Shown here in pieces: positions 13,221 to 25,393 of a stretch of 64,000 nucleotides of DNA. The stretch is from positions 33,763,737 through 33,827,736 of the forward strand of contig CP154954.1 in the NCBI GenBank assembly GCA_039621445.1, written 5' to 3'. The stretch is from Euglena gracilis (lineage: Eukaryota). Position 1 is the first letter of the stretch; each line of letters begins with the position of its first letter. The notes below the pieces were generated by a model. The model was not told the origin of the DNA. It saw nothing but the letters and a program-made list of their open reading frames with translations, and searched no databases. The position numbers and the translations under genes are program-made.

Positions 13221-16200
13221 GGCCTCCTAAGATCCATACAGATGGTGACGCACATCCACTGTACGGTTGTGACGCACATCCACCGGATGGTGACGCACAT
13301 CCACCGGACGGTGTAGCACAGCCACAGCACGGTGACACACATCCACTGGACGGTGACGTATGTTCCGGCGGACGGTGATGCACATCCACCGGAGGGTGAC
13401 CCACCTCTGCCGGACGGTAACACACATCCACCGGACGGTGACGCGTAATCCGGCGGACGGATGCATCCACCGGAGGGTGACCCACCGACCCGGACGGTAA
13501 CACACATCCACTGGACGGTGACGCATGCTCCGGCGGACCGTGATGCACATCCACCGAGGGACCCACCTCTACCGGACGGTAACACACATCCACCGGACGG
13601 TGACGCAAATCCACGGGACGGTGACGCATATACCACCGGACGGTGTATGAAAACATCTACCGGACGGTGACGCACATCCACCAGGTGACACACACTGGGC
13701 AAAGTCACACGGGGGGGGTCCACCGGACGGTGACACACATTCTTCATATGGTGACGCACATCCACTGGACAGCGACGCACATCCACCGGAAGGTGACGCA
13801 CCTCCACCGTATTGTGAGTAAATCCACCGGACGGTGACGCACAGCCACCGGACGATGACACACATCCAACGGATGGAGATGCGCAACCACTGAACGAAAA
13901 CTAACAGCTACCAAACGGTAAATCACATTTACCGGACGGTGATGCACATCCACCAGACGGTGACGACATCCACCGGAGTTACGCACCTCCACCGGACACT
14001 GACGCACATCCGAAGGAAGGTGACACACATCCACCGCACGGTGACACACAACCACCGATGGTGACGCACCTCCACCGGATGGTGACACACATCCACCGGA
14101 CGGTGACACACATCCACCACCGTGGCACACATCCAACGATGCACATCCACTGGATGGTGACACACCCCACCGGATGGTGACGCACGTACACAGACACTGA
14201 CGCACATCCACCGGACGGTGACACACATCCAACCGGACTGATGCATCCACTAGACAGTGACGCACACCCACCGGACAGTGACGCACATCCACCGGACGGT
14301 GACGCACCTCCACCGGACGGTGAAAGACCTCCACCAGACCGTGACACACATCCAACGACACATCCACCGGACGGTGATGCACATCCACCGGACGGTGATG
14401 CACATCCACCGGACGGTGACGACACACATCCGAAAGACGGTGATGCACATCCACCGGACACTGACGCACATCCGAAGACGGTGACACACATCTAACGATG
14501 CACATCCACCGGACGGTGATGCCCATCCACCGGACGGTGATGCACATCCACCGGACGGTGACGCACATCCACCGACGGGTGACACCAAGGGTGACGCACA
14601 AACGGACGGGACAACACAAAACGCATGACAAACCAATGGTGACGCACATCCACGGACGGTGACACATCCACCCGGAAGACAGCACATCCGACGGGACGCA
14701 CACAACACATACAAAACAACGGACGGTGACCACACGGACATCCACCACCACCGGACGGGACCGTGACAACCGGTGTTGACACCCTCCCACCACGGACACA
14801 ATCACATCGGTGACGACACCGGACGGTCCACAAATAAGACACATCCCAAGGACATACGCACAAGGACACCAACCAAAAAGGAACGCACATCCACAACGGT
14901 GACCCACGGCGGTGACAAACATCCCACAACCAAGTGATGCACAACGGACGGTGAAACCACCAACAGGACACAACGGACGGTGACGCACCACACCGGCCAG
15001 ATGACACACCCCCACCGGGCACGGTACCCCACCGACGGTGATGCACATCCACCGGACAGTGACGCACATCCAAAACGGTGATGCACATCCACTGGAGGGT
15101 AATACACATCCACCGACGGTGACGCACATCCAAGGACGGTGACACACATCCACCAATGGTGACATGCATCCACCAGACGGTGACACACACAACAACGCAC
15201 ATCCACCGCAATGACGCACATCCACCGGACGGTGATGCACATCCACCGGACGGTGATGCACATCCACCGGACGGTGACGCACATCCGAAAAACGGTGATG
15301 CACATCCACCGGACACTGACGCACATCCGAAAGACGGTGATGCACATCCACTGGAGGGTAATACACATCCACCGGACGGTGACGCACATCCGAAGGACGG
15401 TGACACACATCCACCAAATGGTGACGTGCATCCACCAGACGGTGACACGCATTCAACAACGCACATCCACCGCAAGATGACGCACATCCACCGGACGGTG
15501 ATGCACATCCACCGGATGGTGATGCACATCCACCGGACGGTGACGCACATCCACCAGACGGCGACACACATCCAACGGCGCACATCCACCGGACGGTGGC
15601 AGACATGCACCAGATGGCGACGCAGTTCCACCGGACCGTGACGCACATCCACCGAAAAGTGACGCACATCCACCCGGTGGTGACGCCCATCCACCCGACA
15701 GTGACGCACATCCACCAGACAATAACTCACATCCACCGGACGGTAACTCACATCCACTGGACGTTGATGCCCATCCACTGGTGACGCACATCCGAAGGAC
15801 GGTGAAACACATCCGAAGAACGGCGATGCACATCCACCGGAGGGTAATACACATTCACAGGACGGTGACACACTTCCACGGAACGGTCATGCACATCCAC
15901 CGGATGGTGACGCACATCCACCGAACAGTAACGCACATCTACCGGACGGTGACACACATCCACCGGACGGTGACGCACATCCACCAAACGGTGATGCACA
16001 TCCACCGGACGGTGACGCACATCCACCGAACAGTAACGCACATCCACCGGACGGCGACACACATCCAACGACGCACATCCACCGGACGGTGAAGCACATC
16101 CACCGGACGGTGATGCACATCCACCGGACACTGACGCACATCCACCGAACGGTGATGTACATCCACTGGACGGTGACACACATCCAACGACGAACATCAT

Positions 16201-16951
16201 CCGGACAGTGATGCACATCCACCGGACGGTGACACACATCCACCAGACGGTGACGCAAATCCACCGGACGGTGACGCACCTCCACCGGGCGGTGACGCAC
16301 CTCCACCGGGCGGTGACGCACATCCACCGGACAGTAACGCACATCCACCGGACGGTGACACACATCCACCGGATGGTAATGCACATCCACCGGACGGTGA
16401 CACACATCCACCAGACGGTGACGCACATCCACCGGGCACCTCCACCAGACGGTGACGTACATCCACCGCACGGTGACGCACCTCCACTGGACCGTGACAC
16501 ACATCCAATGACGCACATCCACCGCACGGTGACACACATCCACCGGACGGTGATGCACATCCACCGGACATAGGCGCATATTCCTTCGGACGGTGACGCA
16601 CGTCCACCAGACGGTAACTCACGTCCACCGGACGGTGGCAAACATCCACCGGACGGTGGCACACATGCACCAGACGGTGACGCAGTTCCACCGGACGGTG
16701 ACGCACATCCACCGAACATTTACGCACATCCACCCGATGGTGACGCCCATCCACCGGACAATGACGCACATCCCCCAGACGGTGATACACATCCTGACGG
16801 TGACTCGCATCCACCGGACAGCAACGCACATCCACCGGACAGTAACTCACATCCACCGGACGGTGATGCCCATCCACCGGACGGTGATGCACATCCACCG
16901 GACGGTGATGCCCATCCACCGGACGGTGATGCACATCCACCGGACACTGAC

Positions 16952-17258
16952 CATGCTTGTGCTTACCGACCGGGGGGGGGGGTGGGTGCTATAGGGGGCC
17001 TGCCCCTAGCAGGCACCCCCCCCCGGGGGGGGGATAGGGGTCCGGGCCGGACCCAGAAAATTTTCATTGAAAATGGCCGTTTCCGGGCCCCCGGCGCCTT
17101 CGGCGCCGGGGTCGGAGGGGGGTGCCTGCTAGGGGCAAGCACCCCCCCCAAAACCCTACTCCCCCCCGGGGGGGGGGGGTCGGATCGGGTGCTATGGGGT
17201 GCCTGCCCCTAGCCCCCCCCCCCCCCGTGGGGTAGGCACCCGACTAAGCACAAGCCTG
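16952..17258. mobile_element. Non-autonomous DNA transposon (hAT/P-like MITE) with 8-bp TSD
   Basis: Terminal inverted repeats (TIRs) CATGCTTGTGCTTA / TAAGCACAAGCCTG (13/14). Perfect TSD ACACTGAC at 16944-16951 and 17259-17266. Confidence 0.93.
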
Positions 17259-17621
17259 ACACTGACGCACATCCGAAGGACGGTGACGCACATCCACTGG
17301 AGGGTAATACACATTCACAGGATGGGGATGCACACCCACCGCATGGTGAAGCACATCCACCAGACGGCGACACAAATCCACGGGACAATGACGCACATCC
17401 ACTGGACAGTGACGCACATCCGCCGGATGGTAACACAAAACGGTGACACACATCCACCAGACGGTGATGCACAACCACCAGACGGTGGTGCATCCACCGG
17501 ACGGTGCCGCACATCCACCGGACCGTGATGCAAAAAAAAACAACCACGGGACGGTGATGTACATCCATCGGACAGTGACACATATCCACTGGACAGTGAC
17601 GCACAGCCACAAGACTGTGAC

Positions 17622-17915
17622 CATACCATTGCTTAGCGACCCCCTGGGGAGGCGGTCACTTTCCACTCTGAAAAACCAATCAGTCATTTTTTCTGAAAAA
17701 AAACCAATCAGTCACTTTATCCCCCCGGGGGGATCGGCCACGCTTCAGGAGGCAATGAAATGTTGTCAAAAAATCCGGCGCCTTCGGCGCCAGGCCAGCC
17801 ACTTTTCATTTTCAGGCCTACCCCACCCCCCCCAGGGGGGGGGTGGCTCTGGGCCGGAAAACCAGTCAGTCACCCCCCTGGGGGTGGGGCAGGACAGGTG
17901 CTCTGCAATGGTATG
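17622..17915. mobile_element. MITE with 11-bp perfect TIR and 8-bp TSD
   Basis: CATACCATTGC...GCAATGGTATG with TSD ACTGTGAC at 17614-17621 and 17916-17923. A related copy starts at 18988. Confidence 0.93.
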
Positions 17916-18570
17916 ACTGTGACACATGTCCACCAGGTGGTGAGGCATATCCATTGGATAGAGATGCACATCCACTGGACGGTGGCACATATCCATTGGA
18001 CAGTGACTTACATGTGACAGACAGTTAAGAGATGGTGACGCACATCCACCAGGCGGTGTTGCACATCCACCAGACTGTGCCGCCCATCCTTTGGCTGTCT
18101 GTTGGTTATGTGACTATGTCAGGCATGCACTCTTTTTGGCGTTTGGGATTCTCCCTTCAAAATAAGAACCTCCGGACTGTTATATACTTCTGCAACACAT
18201 TGCTAAAGTAAACTGGGGTGTTATGGTTATTACTTGGAAACCCAAGTCCACGTGCCAGTGCTGGTAGCTTTTTTTGTGGCAATAAAATTTCCATTTTCAA
18301 TAGCGCTTCAGGTTACCCCTTTTTGGTCATTAGAACCATGGATGCTGCTTTTCTTTTCATTCTGTCTCACATTTATTTGAATTTTCGGCTTGCCGTGTAA
18401 GATTTTATGATTGTTTCCATTGCAAAAAAAAAAACGTGGGCTTTATTGCCTGCAAATTCAAAATAAATCGACAGGCTCGGGGGGATTATTATTGGGTATC
18501 AACTGGATTCTAGCTGGGGTTGGATTGCCTCCCCCTGTGTGGGGGGGGGTTCTTGTGGGGGGCAAGGCAC

Positions 18571-21500
18571 CTTCCCACCGCCGCCTGCAGGCCAAAGATG
18601 GTGAAGCCGCGGGCACTGTTGGTGGGGTCGAGGATGTCGGAGAGGTACGCCTGCAGTGGTGTGGAAGAGAACGACCCCCCCCCAACCTGTGCCAAAAGGG
18701 GGAGGGGGGGTATTACTCAGGGAGAAAACGTCCGGATAGTTGTAAAGCAGCACAGTGCACATTTCTCTAGCCGATTGCAACAGCAGTGGGATTCGCCCAT
18801 ACCGACGCCTGGGGCAGTTTGCATCAAGTGAAGGTGGATGGGTGGGGCTTAAAATGAAGCCATAAGGCCCCAAAATAACCGATGAAACTAACCCCCCTCC
18901 AAAGAACTCTCAGGACACAGAGGTGGGTAAGACCCTGCCCTGCCTCAAAACTTTTTGGTTGGAGTGCCATCAGTCGAGGGTTAAGGTCATACCATTGCTT
19001 ATTGACCCCCCGGGGGAGGGGGGTCACTTTCCACTTCCAAAAAAACAAATCAGTTTTTTCAAAAAACCAGTCACCCACTTCCCACCCCCTCCCTGGGGGG
19101 GGTCACTTTGGCCACTCACTCAGCCAAAAAAAAAAATTCAGTTCGGTTCAAAATGAATGGATTCTGTCAAAAAATTTTCACCAAAATCCAAAACCAAAAT
19201 CAAAATTTGACCAAAATTTTGGTCAAATTTTGGTCTTAAAAAATTTCCTGCGCCTTCATAGGCGGGTGGTGACTTTCTGCCCCACCCCAGTGTGAGGCGG
19301 GAATCGATGTAATTTAGGAGGGTCACAAATTGCAAAATTTAGCTGTCAAAGGTTTGGCCTTAGCTTTGCAGGGTACGCTGCGGCAGAGCTGGCTGGGGAA
19401 CTGCTGCGCAGAGTGGTGCTGTGCCAGTGTACACACGCCATCACCACGCCCCATGGGCTGGCAGAGGCTTCAGGTGCCAATTGGAAAATATTCGCTGGAG
19501 GAGGTGAAAATTAATTTTCATACATCTCCAATTTTATGGGTTGTACCCAACCCCAAGCCATAAAAACAAGCAGTTTGTTGACATAAAATCCAGAAAATTG
19601 ACAAAAACTCAGTCTCAGGTCAAAAACAGGCCAAGATGAGGAATTCTTCATAATCAGCAAACTCTTCCACAAGGTATCGAAAATCGCGGGGACAAAAAAC
19701 AAAACAAGGAAAAAAACACAAATTTTGCCAAAGTTTGAAAAAAAGCACAAAAAATGAAAACACATTTGCTTTCTGCCCCCCCCCCCCCAGCCCTTGTTTC
19801 TCCCATGCAGCCCTGTTGAGGAAGTTTGCAGCCCTGGGGAGTTTGGAGGAGTTGAGGAACCACCCCTCACTCCCTTGAGGGCAGCCTTTGTCGTGAAAAA
19901 CAATTCGGCATCTTTGGAGGGGGACACCTTCGACACGGAGATGTTGCCGTTGGACAGCCCCCATAAGAACCGCAGGCACAGCGCGTGGAGGTAGGACGAG
20001 CTCAGCCCGAAGAGGAGGATGGCGACGGCGGTGCCGGCCAGTCCTGAGCCGCACCGCGCAAAGGGGGAACCAAAGCCAGACAACAGATGGAATATTAAAA
20101 AAAAATGCTTACAACAAGAAATCAAAGCACAAAAGCACCACACATTCCAAGCTGCCACGGGTGAACCCCACCGCCCTGCCAATCCCACGCCCCACCCACC
20201 CGCCCGCCCGCCCCACAGGGTTGCCGGGGTTCTCGTTCAACTTCGCCCCAACCGGCCACGCGGGGCAGAGAGGAGGGCCCACACACACCGGCCATGAGGA
20301 TGGGCCGGCGACCCCAGCGGTCTGCCGCCCAGCCACCGCCAGGGGTTGGGGGGCTCCGGCGGGGTCAGAGGGTTGGGGGGCTTGGAAACCTGGCAAACTG
20401 TCAGCCCCCCCCCCTCGTCCCGGCAAACCCTGGCCCCAGCCATAGGCGGCCAGCAGCTGCCCGAGGAAGAAGGCCGTCGTGAGGTACCCGGTGTAGTACC
20501 TGCCGACAGCGGCGCAGAAACCCACGAAGAACCGGACGGAAGCAAATGAAGCGGGAAGGGGACGGACCTTGCAATTCGCTTCACCAGCCAGGCAGACCTT
20601 GCTTTTGAGAGGGAGGATGACCATTGTACACGGATGGGACTGATCACGACATCCCGCCAGAAAATTTTTGGGGCGCAGATACCTGCCAAGCACGATTGCA
20701 TCAAATCAGCTGCTGGGAATCTTTGCACAGAGCTCCCTCCTTTGTTGCAATGCAGCCAAAAAGGCTGGGTGCCGGAAGGAAGCAGGAAGACTCGAGCAGC
20801 AAAGAGAACACACATTGCACCAGGGGAAAAACGCCCTAATCTCCTCATTTCTTTGTGAGATTTTTTCCATAACCTTGCAAAAAATTTTAGTATGTTTATC
20901 TGGTCTTGAGTCGAGACATATTTTGATGGTTTTGTGAAATTTCTAAAAATCTCCACCTCCAGCTCCTGAGTCTTTTTGCATCTGTGTGCGTGTGTGCATT
21001 TCTGCCTGCCTGCCTGCCTGCGCGTGTGTTTGCATGACGAGTTTACACTTACTCCATTTACACTCAATCCCATTCTTGGTTTGAGCTTGATTCACAGCAT
21101 CCACCTGCTTCATTTCAAGCAAAGAATGCAATAACATAAACAGAACACAAAGAAAAATGGTTGAAACTTGATCCAGAGACACAAAATTTGACAGGTCCAT
21201 TCACTCAAAACCTGCGGTATATTACCCCCCCCCCACACACATTTTCAACCAACGCAAAATGATTACCATCTGTTTGTGAGATCCTGATGTGTCCAAACTC
21301 GGGCTGGGCTGCATCAATTGTGCTGACCAGGTTTGACTGACGCTTACAGGCAGCCACGGCCATTCAGGTGGGAGGGGGTGGGGGCCGCGCCGCACACCCA
21401 AGCTGCGACGTGGGGGAGGCGGGGAAGAACGCGCCGACCATGAAGGGGACGACCGGGAGGACGACCAGCATGCTGAAGTGGTTGGCGAGCAGCACCGCCC

Positions 21501-21622
21501 CGCCCAGGGACCCCCTTCACGTCCGCCCCGGAGAGCGGAGTCACACGGGCGGGCGAAGGGGATCCCTGGCCCCGACGGTGAGCACGCGGCGCCACGGCAC
21601 CGGCGTCGGGGCGACCTCGGCC
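18571..21622 (-). CDS. Major facilitator superfamily transporter (ZIFL/TetA-like), N-terminal half, multi-exon, 3'-incomplete in this window
   Basis: Exons 21622-21572, 21499-21398, 20499-20436, 20334-20289, 20043-19928 and 18650-18571 splice in frame. Product: AEVAPTPVPWRRVLTVGAVLLANHFSMLVVLPVVPFMVGAFFPASPTSQLGYYTGYLTTAFFLGQLLAAYGWGWAADRWGRRPILMAGLAGTAVAILLFGLSSSYLHALCLRFLWGLSNGNISVSKAYLSDILDPTNSARGFTIFGLQAAVG. It contains MFS motif A (GxxxDRxGRR) and RFLWG..NGN. Three introns are GT-AG and two are non-conventional. Confidence 0.9.
18988..19300. mobile_element. Second, right-end-degenerate copy of the CATACCATTGC MITE (intronic)
   Basis: CATACCATTGCTTA...GGTCACTTTCCAC...AATCAG matches the start of 17622. 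The right TIR was not found. Confidence 0.7.
20335..20435 (-). other. Non-conventional (euglenid-type) intron, 101 bp
   Basis: ggcCAGggtttg...caacccCTGgcggt. Ends base-pair, there is no GT-AG, and removal restores YGW|GWAADRWGRR. Confidence 0.9.
21500..21571 (-). other. Non-conventional intron, 72 bp
   Basis: ggcCAGggatccccttc...gaagggggtccCTGggcgg with a ~15-bp terminal stem and an in-frame stop inside. Removal gives LTVGAVLLAN. Confidence 0.9.
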
Positions 21623-22360
21623 CTGGCAACAACGCGAGGGGCGGGGAGTGGGGCACACAGACAGAGATGAACACGGGGGGGGGGGCAAGGCCAACCAACA
21701 ATGAGAGGAGGGGGAGCATACCGGGGCCGACGGATGCCAAACACAAGTACAAACGGCGGGGGCGGGGGGGGGGGGGGGAAGTGCGGTGGCGACCATTGCC
21801 GCGGGGTTTTAAACGCACTACCGATCCGGAATGCGGAGAGAAACTGTGGGCTTGACCTTCACCGCTATCTTAACTGTGCAAAATGTGAACCTGGGATCAG
21901 TCTGTTTTGAGAGATATCGGCTGGCAAAAAAACCTGACAGAATACTCTGATGTTCAGATGCACAAGAGTATGCACAAAAATATGCACATTCTGGCTGCTT
22001 TTTTGCCTGACAGAGAAAATGACGAATATCGGAATCCCACTGCCACTCTGGGAGGGGTAGTACAACGCTCTTAGAGTGCTCTCGTTCGCCCACCAGAGGG
22101 TTATTAAACACTTGTGCTATTTGTAATGTACCGGTATGGAGTGTACACCCAACGGGCAGTTTCTGCCAATGACTTCAGGAGCATGTGCACGTGCGCGCGT
22201 GCATGCGCATGTGTGTTTGGCATCATACTGGGTCTCGGGGGCTGTTGCGGCATGTGTCATCCCTCCATCGGGCTGCAAAGAATAGAAAGAAACCAGCTGG
22301 AGTTCTGCCAAATATTTCGAAGTAGGTAGTCAGGGTCAAAGGTTAAAATTTTTGTTTCAA

Positions 22361-23307
22361 TCAGGGTGCTTAGTGACCCCGGGGGGGGTCCAGCTCAGAG
22401 GCTGGAAAGTTTGGGTCGAAAAAGGCTGCTGGCTTTCTTCGACCCAAAAAGACCCATGGAGGTGCCCCCCGGCTGGAAGCGGCCCGAGCCCGACTGGGGG
22501 TCGCACCAGGTAACAAAAAAATTGAAACAGACCCAAAACTGCCACCTATGGGAAAAAATCATTTTTTGACCTGGCCTGCTCTTTTTCAACCCATCTTTGC
22601 CCGGTTTTGGCCCAGTTTGAGACCTCTAAAACCGAAAAATCCGTTACCATCCAGCCGTCCCTTGGGAGACTCCAAAACAGTTTAAACGTCGATGGCGGGG
22701 GTCTGGAGCTGGAAAAAGCTGCTGGCTAGAAAAAGGCTGCAGGGTGGCTGGACCCCTGGGGGGATGGGGCAGGGGGAAATATGCAGCAAGGCACCTCGAA
22801 CTATGCAATGCAAAAAAATGCAGAAAAGTGCAACAAAAAACATACAAAAAGAATGCAAGTTGCACATGTAGATTCCTTTAGGAGCTCCCCGGGGCTGTAC
22901 ACTTCTCCACTGGAAAGGACTTAGACTTTCACCTTCTCCAAAAATCTTCTTCAACTTTCACCTGCTCCAAAAATGCAACACCAAAATAGAATGTGGGTGC
23001 AAACTACAAAGTCATATGGTGGTTCATCTAATTGCATCCACTTATCCATTGATTTCATTATGCAACTGCTTATGTGCATTAGGTCCGAATGCAACTTCCA
23101 GCTCTCTCGCAGTGGAGCAATTTGCCCGTTTTGTCTGTGCAAATGCATGGAAAAAAAAGCGGAAATCGAAAAGGCAAAATGTGCAAAAAAAATGTAAAAA
23201 ATGCAAAAAAAATTTTTCAAAAATTTTCATTATGCAAAAAAATGCACATTATGCAACTTGCATATCCCCCCCTGGATGGGGTGCCCTCTGGTTTAAGCGG
23301 CGCCTTG
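22361..23307. mobile_element. CAGGG-type MITE with a nested second element at 22770-23274
   Basis: The host shares GGGGGTCCAGC...AAAAGGCTGCTGGC blocks with copies at ~34770, ~36000-36425, ~38200, ~45030, 58212 and ~61550-62315. The nested element CAGGGGGAAATATGCA...TGCATATCCCCCCCTG is flanked by GATGGGG on both sides. Confidence 0.75.
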
Positions 23308-24429
23308 GTTTCGGTTCCTTCTATGGACAACATTGCTCACAAAAACAATGAAATGAACTCACTTTGCATGCATCTTTGCCTGCTGACTTTCACCGCCAAA
23401 TGGAGTGAAAGAATGGTGCCACCAAAGCCATTTTGAGGTGAGGCATGAACTGGAAAGTGGAAAGTGCTTTGACTCTTTCCCATTCTCCAAACCCTTATGC
23501 CAACCTTTTCCCCAAACCTCGAGCCCTTACCCTTCACTGGCAAGCCCTTGCTTCGGAACTGAAGATGAGCACTAACCCATGCAAATTTTCCTCCCATTCA
23601 TCACATATATGGTGTGACATTCACCCTGGAGCCTCCCCAGGGGAGTTGGTTGAGGAGACATAAAATCTTCTTGCGCACGAGCCAACCTTTGCCTGTTTGA
23701 CACGAAGGCAATTGAGCCGAAAACAGAGCACATTTCAGCGGATGAAATCAGACTGCAGTTAACCAACCTGGGGGGGGGGGTTCGGGTTGCACTGGAATGC
23801 CTGGGCAGGTATTGGAATGCCTAGGCATTACATTACGCTGCACTGCTGCACTACCAAACTACCCCATTGAGGGGTCAAAATGCTCAGAAAAGGCTTCTCT
23901 GGGCTTCAGGCGCCTTTGGCGCCGGAAGAGCCTTGGCCGAGTACAAATAGGGGTGGACCTGGCTGCCTTGGAGTGCCTGCCCAGGCAGGCCCCCCAGAGT
24001 GGGGTTGGCCTCGCCCCAAAATTCAGCCTGGGTGACAGTACATCAGCAACGTGATGCCAGGGTGGAATAGAAATACAAAAATGTATCGACCACTTCTGCA
24101 AAATTCACAAAATATATGTTTAATTGTAATGATTACAACAACCCAAAAGACAGATGACTAAATGATGTTGTCACAATTTGGTATAACTCCTAGCAAACAC
24201 CTGTGAATACCTGTTCAATCCTAGGGAATGGAGTATGGCTCACAGAAAGCAGGTATTGTTCAGTTTCAAAAAGGGGCCCACGTCATGTCGCAGTCACGGA
24301 CGGCAGGACCACTGGCAAGAATAGGACGTGGCAAAGGGCGTTGTCCCACAAGAAAGAAACCCATCGCCACATGGACAGCATTTGCGTGCGGGAGAAGGAT
24401 AGGGTACAAGGGGGCAGGGCAGACGTGGG

Positions 24430-24898
24430 CGTCCCTGTGTAGCGTTCCGGGGGACCCGAGTCATCGAAGGGGCTCGTCCTCCGTGGTGTTGCCCCAGGGG
24501 TCGCTGCCGCCGTGCGAGGAGTCCGACAGCTCCTCGGGGCCGTCGCCCCCCAACCCTTGCACCTCCACCCATCCCACTGAGCCAGGCGGGCCGTCCGGCC
24601 CTGGTCCAGCGGTCCAGCCCCGGCGGGGGTCTGCCCACCACCTGCCTTGGCGCGCCACGGCACCGCCGCACGGGGTCCCCGGGGCACCTTTCCCTCAAAG
24701 CGACTACCGTTCACAAACCCAGCCTCCGCCCTCGAGTGCGTCCCCAGAGGTCAAGGGTGGGGACAGGCTGGGGGGGCCACGCGCGGCGGAGTCGACCCGG
24801 CCGGGGGCCCGCTGGGGCACTTGGGCGGCGGCGGCGGCGGGGGCGGGGGGGCCGTGCCGGCGGGCGAGGAAGAGGGCGCCGAGGACGCCGTGGGCCAT
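24430..24898 (-). CDS. Probable 5' exons of the MFS gene (MAHGVLGALFLARRHG...; ...EELSDSSHGGSDPWGNTTEDEP...)
   Basis: GC-rich, coding-like segments with an ATG at ~24898 upstream on the same strand. Splice junctions are not resolved. Confidence 0.45.
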
Positions 24899-25393
24899 GG
24901 TCAGGGGTTGGCGGGCGGGCGGGCAGGCGGGCGGGGCGGGGGGTTGGCGGCCCCGAGCAACAAACAACAAAAGCTAACAACAGCTAAAAATCGACTTAGT
25001 CCACCGTCGCAAAGAAAAAATCAGAAAGCCCCGCACCACGCGTCACGAAAGAACTGACCTCGAAATCTTCAGAAGTCAGATAGATGAGTGGAGAAAGTGC
25101 AAAGGAATGGATGGCAGAAATATGGATCAGCGCGAGCAGATGGCAACATAATTATACCCACTCATGCTCAGACACGGGGAGGCAACCTGACTCGTAAAAA
25201 GATCTGCCAGACATTTCAAAGGTCAAAATGCGTTCAACTGGGGGGTATTCAGATATGACAACGCTATTTCACCAGAGGTTTTTAAGTTTACTCTTCCAAT
25301 GCACACACAGATGACCTTGGTATAAAGATGGGTAGGGATCAGAGTTTGCACACGGCACTGTTTGGAGGAGCAGAACCTTGGTGGGCGTGCCAC

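Larger units (their letters stand above)
13240..18080. repeat. 21-bp minisatellite (consensus GGACGGTGACGCACATCCACC), interrupted by two MITEs
   Basis: Tandem unit visible throughout; more degenerate at ~14570-15050 and at both ends. Confidence 0.97.

Noticed and set aside
13240-18080. His/Thr- or Cys/Val-rich repeat proteins (TVTHIHR, RWMCVTV)
   Set aside because: These are by-products of a 21-bp unit with frequent frameshifting indels and MITE insertions.
21500-21571. Homopolymer frameshift in the MFS exon (VTPLSGADVKG...)
   Set aside because: A non-conventional intron with a strong terminal stem explains it better and joins PTPVPWRRVLTVG to AVLLAN in frame.
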